61,644 nucleotides of DNA from a virus (taxonomy: Duplodnaviria; Caudoviricetes): the IMG/VR virus record IMGVR_UViG_3300037584_003288, positions 1 through 61,644 of that record; one strand, written 5' to 3'. The notes under the pieces were generated by a model. It was not told the DNA's origin. It made no database searches and worked only from the letters and a program-made list of their open reading frames with translations. The position numbers and the translations under genes are program-made. Positions 55,619 to 61,644 of this stretch are shown in pieces (positions within the stretch are counted from its first letter, which is position 1; the number at the start of each line of letters is the position of its first letter).

Positions 55619-55845
55619 TTCTCACCAATAATAATTGCTCTGCGATACGAGTAATCGCTGTGGAATCTGTGATTCGGACGACCGACTAAGCTACCCTCGC
55701 AGAAGTGGTAAAGCTCCCCTTCAATCAATGTGATGGTCGGGGGATCGAATAAGGCGCTCGCGTTCGCGCTTGATTCGTTGTGCCACCCGCTCGATCCGCA
55801 GCTTGCTAGTAGGAGAGCCATCAGCGGCCAGCCTATCAAGCTCAT
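55615..55845 (-). CDS. Lipoprotein, candidate o-spanin (Rz1-like)
   Basis: MSLIGWPLMALLLAS-C lipobox. The start is embedded in the upstream gene in a different frame. Confidence 0.65.
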   Translation of the reverse strand: MSLIGWPLMALLLASCGSSGWHNESSANASALFDPPTITLIEGELYHFCEGSLVGRPNHRFHSDYSYRRAIIIGEK

Positions 55846-55939
55846 CGTAAAGATCGTCGAGGCGGGAGTCACGCTTGAGTCGGATGTTTTCAATGTAGGC
55901 ATTGAGGGCGGCAGTCAGGAGTCTGATGAATGCGCTCAC
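55721..55939 (-). CDS. Candidate i-spanin (Rz-like)
   Basis: 72 aa, weakly hydrophobic N-terminus plus charged helix. Overlaps the lipoprotein gene by 125 nt. Confidence 0.5.
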   Translation of the reverse strand: MSAFIRLLTAALNAYIENIRLKRDSRLDDLYDELDRLAADGSPTSKLRIERVAQRIKRERERLIRSPDHHID

Positions 55940-56115
55940 TTACTCTTGGCCTTGCCCACATTCAGGGCGAGCCATGAAATGACTGCTGAAGCGCGGGAGA
56001 CCCACTTGTTATCACTCTCGTTTGGAGTCAATGTAGCAACAAGAGAAGCTACGGCGATTACACTAGCTGCGATTTGAAGCAGGGTGTCCACGTTTTCTGT
56101 AATATATTCGATCAT
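55936..56115 (-). CDS. Putative second holin/membrane protein
   Basis: MIEYITENVDTLLQIAASVIAVASLVATLTP...WLALNVGKAK, 59 aa. Confidence 0.65.
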   Translation of the reverse strand: MIEYITENVDTLLQIAASVIAVASLVATLTPNESDNKWVSRASAVISWLALNVGKAKSK

Positions 56116-56125
56116 TGTTTGGGAG

Positions 56126-57184
56126 TTACATGAGATTGGGGGTGCTGCCTCGGTCGGCAGCAAAAAAGATTGATGGCTTGGCTGCGCCACGGTGGGAGTC
56201 TAGCTGTTCGTCGAGAACCTGCTGACACACGGCCCAGTGATAGTTAGCTCTTTCGAGATCGGCATTGGTTTCGGCAATAGACCCCAACAACGCGTGTTTG
56301 ATTGCGCTAAGGCTGGAAATATACACAACGTCGTTCGCCGTTAATAATGGTGTGAACTTCCTCTTAAGAAGGCATCGGATAGAAATAGTCTTCTTGTCCG
56401 CGTTGGACACCCTATACCTGCGGTAACGAGTGACTTGATTAGCCATTTGTAGGTTTGTAGCCGCTACCAAATCTCCGAAACTTTCCGAACCGTGTGTGTT
56501 AGCGTATGAATTACCGTCTGCGGCTGTTTCAAACATCACTAACTGAACTGGCTTAGATAGTTGTTCAGGCCCGACTCGTATCTCACTTATGCTCGTTATG
56601 TCTTTCGCATTAGTAGTTAAAAACTCGTCTGTAGTGTCTTCCCCGTTACAAGTAAACTTTCCCCCGTTATTGCCGCCGTCGTCTTCTTCTTTAGTAAGAT
56701 CTGAAGTATTCGTACCGTCAGAATAAGTTACAAAAACAGTCCCGCTAACAGGTAGTGTCGTGTTAGTTTCGCTAGACCTAAGACGCAATCTATAGGACTT
56801 ACCAGCGACAGGCTCTTCAACAGTAGCCGAATAGCCGTCGTCTACTATCCCGTAAATAGCTAGTGTACTGCCGTCATCGTCCCGCCCACTAAGCCTATAA
56901 TCGTGAAACTGAGCGCGAACGGGTTGGGGAGAAGAGAAATCGGTGGAAGTAGAATCGTAATCTACGATAGCGTTTATAATAGCCTCTGACTCAGGGGGTA
57001 TAGTGAAAGTATCACTAGATGTGGTTATTACTTTCTCGTAAAGCAAGTCTCGCCACATACCCATGCTGTAGAGCCGTGGCAGAGCCATGTTAAGTTCTTT
57101 TCTAAAGTCATCGGGGGTGGCGGCTGGTGATCCAGCAATGCCAATAAGCGCGTCTTGTACACCTTGAACGGTCAGTGTAGCCAT
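56126..57184 (-). CDS. Tail/head-tail adaptor-like structural protein
   Basis: 352 aa, helical termini around a beta-rich middle, located in the tail block. Confidence 0.55.
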   Translation of the reverse strand: MATLTVQGVQDALIGIAGSPAATPDDFRKELNMALPRLYSMGMWRDLLYEKVITTSSDTFTIPPESEAIINAIVDYDSTSTDFSSPQPVRAQFHDYRLSGRDDDGSTLAIYGIVDDGYSATVEEPVAGKSYRLRLRSSETNTTLPVSGTVFVTYSDGTNTSDLTKEEDDGGNNGGKFTCNGEDTTDEFLTTNAKDITSISEIRVGPEQLSKPVQLVMFETAADGNSYANTHGSESFGDLVAATNLQMANQVTRYRRYRVSNADKKTISIRCLLKRKFTPLLTANDVVYISSLSAIKHALLGSIAETNADLERANYHWAVCQQVLDEQLDSHRGAAKPSIFFAADRGSTPNLM

Positions 57185-57189
57185 ACATA

Positions 57190-57218
57190 AGGCTACCAGA
57201 ATAGGTCTGGACCGTCAA
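57190..57218 (-). promoter_or_regulatory. Sigma70-like leaderless promoter
   Basis: TTGACG-17-TAGCCT (preceded by TGG), 5 nt before ATG 57184. Confidence 0.6.
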
Positions 57219-57245
57219 GAATAGGGGTTTGAGCCGGTGTATGTG

Positions 57246-57932
57246 TTAAAGTTCTATACGGTCTAGAACTGTGGGGGACCAGAACACATCGCTGGACACT
57301 TTCTGAGAGACTTCCGCGCTTTCATTTACGGACCCTAACTTTACGTAGTACACACCCTTGTCCGCTCCTTCAGGCTGTCCGGTGGCCTGAGTAGGGCTTC
57401 CGGCAGTTCTCCGGCCAGATGTAGAGAAATCTGAGGGGTGAGCTGCGATAACACTCCCAGCAGGCACCCCAACCTGTACCCAACACTTCTCTACCTCTAC
57501 CCCTGTTTCTTCTAGATTAACTTTCCACACCAAGTAAACGTCTCCAAAAGACCCTAAGTCATGGTACTTTGTCTCGTTTATATTAGGGTCCATCGCGGTC
57601 CCATCATGAGTAGGGAACTTAGGCACAACTTGATTTATATTCCCGATGGCTTCTTGACCTGCGGCTTGGCAACGAACGAACGATCCGGTGCTCCCCCCAG
57701 ACCCCCCAGTTACTGGAGCATCTATAAAGGTCATAGTGATGACATCTATTCGATATAACAATTCACCGTAGGCTACCTTTGCCCCTCCACTACCATGCAT
57801 CAAAGCGAACGCGTGGGGGCGGTGGAGTAACTCTTGTTTTTCGGGTGGGTTGTTTTGAGCGGATACTCTCCCATCACCGTGATTGACGTCAGGAGTGTCG
57901 ACGTCTCCTGCTCTTTCTAACTCAACAGCCAT
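57246..57932 (-). CDS. Probable tail structural protein
   Basis: 228-aa beta-rich ORF. Confidence 0.6.
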   Translation of the reverse strand: MAVELERAGDVDTPDVNHGDGRVSAQNNPPEKQELLHRPHAFALMHGSGGAKVAYGELLYRIDVITMTFIDAPVTGGSGGSTGSFVRCQAAGQEAIGNINQVVPKFPTHDGTAMDPNINETKYHDLGSFGDVYLVWKVNLEETGVEVEKCWVQVGVPAGSVIAAHPSDFSTSGRRTAGSPTQATGQPEGADKGVYYVKLGSVNESAEVSQKVSSDVFWSPTVLDRIEL

Positions 57933-57936
57933 ATAA

Positions 57937-59235
57937 TCAAGGAATTACTCCCGTTACTGTTTCGACCAAAAAACCGCCGCGAAACTGGCGGGAGGATGCA
58001 GATACATTGACCGTCGAGCCGGAGGCCGGTTGGGCGGTGGGGGTGCTGCCCTGCTCGAAGAAGTTGTTGGCGTAAGCTCCGGGCTTATATGTAGGGTGTC
58101 CTGTTCCTACAGTGTCGATCAAAGTAAACGGTTTGGTAAGAACATTAGAGTAGCTGAGGTTATAAAGAGCGCCGGAGTAGCTACCACTACGGGGTTTGAA
58201 TGTGTCTATTACAAAACCTTCTACAATCCCGTTTGCAGTAGCGGCGGCTTCATACCACCTCCTCGTCACAGTCATTAGAATAGGACCAGAGAACGCGTCT
58301 TTTTCTTGTGCTGTAACCGAGTTTTCTGCGGACCCGTCTCGTCTGTCTATAGTGGTAAACTTAAACCCTATCAGCTCCGCAGGGTATGAGTAGTTCTGCC
58401 GCGTCTTGAAGACGTAACCATTATACAGATTAGATCCTACAATCTGCTGTTCGGTTATCTTCCACCAATCCGTGGATAATCTCTCAACCTCATAATTATA
58501 AACGCCGTCATTTACAGTTCCGGTAAGATCGACAGCTTTTATACCCCAGTTCGCTCTGGTAGCAGAGGAATCCGCAGCCCATGTTATGTCCCCCGCTTTG
58601 GTAGGTACGTTTGTTTTGTCAACGTATGCTAGAATCTCTGTGGTCTTAAGCTCATCGTTGAACTCAAGATCGGTGTTAAAAGTAACCTTGTCTTCGTATC
58701 GGAAGTAAACTCGCTGCTCTACAACAAATACGCCGTCTAGCTCAGCTTCCCCAATACGTTTTTGCTGTCGGGTCATTAAGATGTACGAGTCATCGAACTG
58801 ATCCGTGGGGATATCGGGCATCTGGTCCCCCGCTTTAGGGTTATCTTTCTGATGCTTAGTACTATCAGTAGTAGCTGCCGTAGCGGTGTCGTTAAAATCT
58901 GATCTTAGGCGTACGTACGTCCTTATAACTGTATCATATTCATTGCCTCCTAAGTCGGCTTGGCTGAATTCAAAGTTGTAATCATCCTGTGAGTCCCTAT
59001 CTGCGGCATAGTAATACTCATAGAATAACCCATTAGCATCAGCTTGTTTTACATAGCAGAGCTTATGATTCGGAAAATTCTTGGTATCGGGGTGGGCAGT
59101 CCCATATGCGGGCGGCGTCTTACCAACTCTCTGCGCGTCAACCGTCTCAAAAAACAGAAGGTCCGCTACCTTCGGTGAAACGAAAGAGAGGACCGACTGC
59201 CGCTGCGGGCTGGGCTGATTCCTAGATACAGGCAC
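57937..59235 (-). CDS. Probable tail structural protein
   Basis: 432-aa beta-rich ORF, GTG start. Confidence 0.65.
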   Translation of the reverse strand: MPVSRNQPSPQRQSVLSFVSPKVADLLFFETVDAQRVGKTPPAYGTAHPDTKNFPNHKLCYVKQADANGLFYEYYYAADRDSQDDYNFEFSQADLGGNEYDTVIRTYVRLRSDFNDTATAATTDSTKHQKDNPKAGDQMPDIPTDQFDDSYILMTRQQKRIGEAELDGVFVVEQRVYFRYEDKVTFNTDLEFNDELKTTEILAYVDKTNVPTKAGDITWAADSSATRANWGIKAVDLTGTVNDGVYNYEVERLSTDWWKITEQQIVGSNLYNGYVFKTRQNYSYPAELIGFKFTTIDRRDGSAENSVTAQEKDAFSGPILMTVTRRWYEAAATANGIVEGFVIDTFKPRSGSYSGALYNLSYSNVLTKPFTLIDTVGTGHPTYKPGAYANNFFEQGSTPTAQPASGSTVNVSASSRQFRGGFLVETVTGVIP

Positions 59236-59241
59236 CTGTCG

Positions 59242-59269
59242 AGTATATTCAAACAGGGCTGGATTTCAA
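59242..59269 (-). promoter_or_regulatory. Sigma70-like leaderless promoter
   Basis: TTGAAA-16-TATACT, 6 nt before GTG 59235. Confidence 0.6.
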
Positions 59270-59271
59270 GT

Positions 59272-59292
59272 GGTTAAGCGTGGCGCTTAACC
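59272..59292. terminator. Hairpin after the small fibre-associated gene
   Basis: GGTTAAGCG-TGG-CGCTTAACC. No clear U-tract. Confidence 0.45.
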
Positions 59293-59469
59293 CTATGAAT
59301 CCTCCCCTTCAGGGGATTCAACCGCTTCAAGCTGTGGTTCTTCAACCGCAATCTTATCGAATAGGTGGGTGGCAGCTTTAGCCACGTTGATGCCGCCTGC
59401 TTTCACAGCGATGTCAATGAGCTGTGCGAGAGCGCGACGTTCTTCGTCGGATAGTTCGATGTTAGCCAT
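59293..59469 (-). CDS. Small protein downstream of the tail fibre (possible fibre chaperone; not in ORF track)
   Basis: MANIELSDEERRALAQLIDIAVKAGGINVAKAATHLFDKI..., 58 aa. Has its own promoter TTGAAC-17-TAGCGT, 6 nt before the ATG. Confidence 0.7.
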   Translation of the reverse strand: MANIELSDEERRALAQLIDIAVKAGGINVAKAATHLFDKIAVEEPQLEAVESPEGEDS

Positions 59470-59518
59470 GGGGGGACGCTAGAAGGAAAATGGTTAGGGT
59501 TCAACTATTTTCTCCTAT

Positions 59519-61644
59519 TTAAGATAAGGTAATTATAGCACTTCTAACGGTGCCATCGGTCCCTTTCAACTTAAAAGTAATTTTGCTGTTCGTAGTTGCT
59601 TCGACGACAAGCTCACCATTGTTTGCTGGTGTTATGCTTGATGACGGGCTTTGGATGATAGCTGTGGCTCTCATCTTCTTGCTGACGACGACCTCTTCTT
59701 CGCTACCGTCAAGGGTGATGTAGGGCGTCGGCGATCCGCTCCCGTTGTCACATTGGAACACCATGTCTTGATCAGAGTCTGCCTGAATGAAGTTCATGTC
59801 CCCTGTCGAACACCTAGCCTGAAAGTCGGTGCCGTTGTGCCTCGCGTCGAAATCATTACCTGATCCCAGATTTAGATAGACGCCGTCAGAAAGACATACG
59901 GGCTTGTCGGCTTGAATTTTGGTCGCACTGCCGTCAATGGTCAGGTAGGTAGCCACGCCTCCCGACCCATCGTCAGACTGGAAGATGATGTCTTTGGCGT
60001 CGGCGAAGTTCGCAATCGTCAGATCGCCGGTAAAGTTGTTGATCTTGCTGTCAACGGTGTTGTGGTGAAGCTGCAAATCCCCCTCACCGAAGCGTAAAAT
60101 TTTGTTATCTGTTATTCTTACATTACCGTGAATGTCTAAATCAAAGGCTGGGGTGGTTGTTCCTATCCCCACCCGCTGTGAGTTGTCTATGGTAAGCGCG
60201 GCTTGGTTGTTTCCAGTGTAAACTCGAAACTTGCCGTTTGAGGTAGTGGTAGCCATCGCCAGTTCGGCGCTGGTAATCATTCCAAAGTAAGCCGCTCTAC
60301 CTGTGGTGTTGCCGTGATAGACCTCTAAATATCCGGTAGCGTCGTTGGTGCTGGAGCTGTTCGGATCAGAGAGGCGAATGTGCGGATCGTTGCTCGTTCC
60401 GTTGAGGATGTGAACCTTGGTGGCTGGAGCTGTGATGCCCCCGATGCCGACGTTTCCTGACTCGTCGATTACAAATCGGGAGGTGCCGTTTTCTTGGAAC
60501 CGAATAAGATCCTCTGCACCCGACGAAATGTCCCTGTTGACGAAAAACTGCGTAGCATTACGCGCTCTTCCGGTGAATCCGATGCTATCACCGAAGCCGT
60601 CCCCGATATGCAACGTAGTATTGTTTGCGACAGGAGTTGCAGACGCAACTATGGCAAGGCCGTTTCCTCCTGATGCAGACCCGCTAATATTTACAGTCGG
60701 AGCGTCGAGGTTTATTGAAACCCCTGCTTCACCCGTCAAAGTAAAGGAAGAGTCTAGCTTGAGCTTGTTGCCATCAACCGAAGTGATCGTGCTAGTCTGG
60801 CTTCCCGTAGTCGCGTGGGATAAGTCAATCGTTCCCGCTGCTGACCTTATTGTGCCTGTAGCGGTAACCTTCCCGTCCTCTTCTACTTTAAACAGCTCCG
60901 TTCCGGCGTTGTGCTCGACCTTGAAAAAGTTGCTGGTTGAGTCATTGTTGCTGTCGATTCTCAGAACGATGTTATCACGACTCAGGAAGGAAGGTGCGTT
61001 GGCTCCCTCAAGAACCATTGTTGACGCAAACCTAAGAATTGGCGCGGATACCCCGTCGTAAGCTGATGTGTAAAAATTAAAGATTGTATTGTCGTCGCCA
61101 TCTATAATGGATTTATCATCTAAGAATTTTACGTGGCTATCAAAACGGAGTGGGTTGGTAGTCCCGCCGTTGAGCATTATGATGCCGCCGCTCTGGTCGT
61201 AAAACCGGATGGAGCCTTTGGCTGCATCACCTTGGTTTAGAATGCTTTTATCTCCGGTGATGGAAATGTTGCCGTATGCACTAAGAGCCCCGACCCGCAA
61301 ATCTCCATCTGTTCCGCTAAAGACCTCGCTGCTATTCGTCGCGTCCTTAAAGAATCGGAATTGATGGGTCGAGTCATCCCAGCCCATGAAGCCGATCTTC
61401 GCGGAGCCGTCGTAGTAGCGGAATTCTATCCCGCGATCTTTGTTATCGTCGGAGCTTGGTGCGGTGTCGCCGCCTAGCGTAAGCACCGGATCGTCTATGG
61501 TGACAACGGTGCTATTGACAGTCGTTGTCGTGCCGTCCACCTGAAGGTCGCCGAAGACCCTGACTGTGCCGCCGGACTCGACTCGCAATCTTTCGGTAGA
61601 CGCTGTGCTTAGTCTTATTTCGTCAAGGGCATTAAGGAATAGCT
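59519..61644 (-). CDS. Long modular tail fibre, C-terminal part
   Basis: Frame is open at the right edge and continuous with 1-2602 through the terminal overlap. GNVGIG/RVGIG repeats. A direct join gives 1515 aa. Confidence 0.88.
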   Translation of the reverse strand, partial: LFLNALDEIRLSTASTERLRVESGGTVRVFGDLQVDGTTTTVNSTVVTIDDPVLTLGGDTAPSSDDNKDRGIEFRYYDGSAKIGFMGWDDSTHQFRFFKDATNSSEVFSGTDGDLRVGALSAYGNISITGDKSILNQGDAAKGSIRFYDQSGGIIMLNGGTTNPLRFDSHVKFLDDKSIIDGDDNTIFNFYTSAYDGVSAPILRFASTMVLEGANAPSFLSRDNIVLRIDSNNDSTSNFFKVEHNAGTELFKVEEDGKVTATGTIRSAAGTIDLSHATTGSQTSTITSVDGNKLKLDSSFTLTGEAGVSINLDAPTVNISGSASGGNGLAIVASATPVANNTTLHIGDGFGDSIGFTGRARNATQFFVNRDISSGAEDLIRFQENGTSRFVIDESGNVGIGGITAPATKVHILNGTSNDPHIRLSDPNSSSTNDATGYLEVYHGNTTGRAAYFGMITSAELAMATTTSNGKFRVYTGNNQAALTIDNSQRVGIGTTTPAFDLDIHGNVRITDNKILRFGEGDLQLHHNTVDSKINNFTGDLTIANFADAKDIIFQSDDGSGGVATYLTIDGSATKIQADKPVCLSDGVYLNLGSGNDFDARHNGTDFQARCSTGDMNFIQADSDQDMVFQCDNGSGSPTPYITLDGSEEEVVVSKKMRATAIIQSPSSSITPANNGELVVEATTNSKITFKLKGTDGTVRSAIITLS

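Noticed and set aside
1-61644. Alternative genetic code
   Set aside because: Long genes are intact under the standard code and TAA, TAG and TGA all serve as stops.

Overview
The window is a near-complete tailed dsDNA phage genome of about 61.5 kb. Its podovirus-like plan and Gram-negative (possibly PVC-superphylum) host are inferences. The two ends overlap by 180 bp (127 bp exact plus 53 bp with six synonymous differences), and the break falls inside a modular tail-fibre gene. There are four transcription blocks. (1) Minus-strand portal, scaffold, major capsid, LamG surface protein and tail fibre (15149 to 1), continuing across the junction into tail, lysis and small basic-protein genes (61644 to 52753). 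(2) A plus-strand early region (17.7-27.4 kb) with a DUF3150-like/AAA+/vWA-metallopeptidase triad and a pyrimidine-dimer glycosylase homologue. (3) Minus-strand terminase and a 4144-aa internal virion protein. (4) A plus-strand replication module: RuvC-like resolvase, SF2 helicase, Cas4-like nuclease, SSB, Leu762 PolA and primase-helicase. I see no integrase, RNA polymerase, reverse transcriptase or CRISPR array. The most unusual signals lie at 15.2-20.1 kb: a ~600-nt highly structured ORF-free region (candidate large ncRNA ending in two mutually exclusive hairpins), a tRNA-like element with a ~50-nt structured insert in place of the anticodon loop, two mutually out-of-frame copies of the tail-fibre GNVGIG DNA motif in an intergenic hairpin 17 kb from the fibre gene, a prepilin-mimic mini-protein beside a lipoprotein, a concentric inverted repeat, and several 7-bp-period CNNG arrays. 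All structures were paired by eye and all family names come from motif recognition, not database searches.
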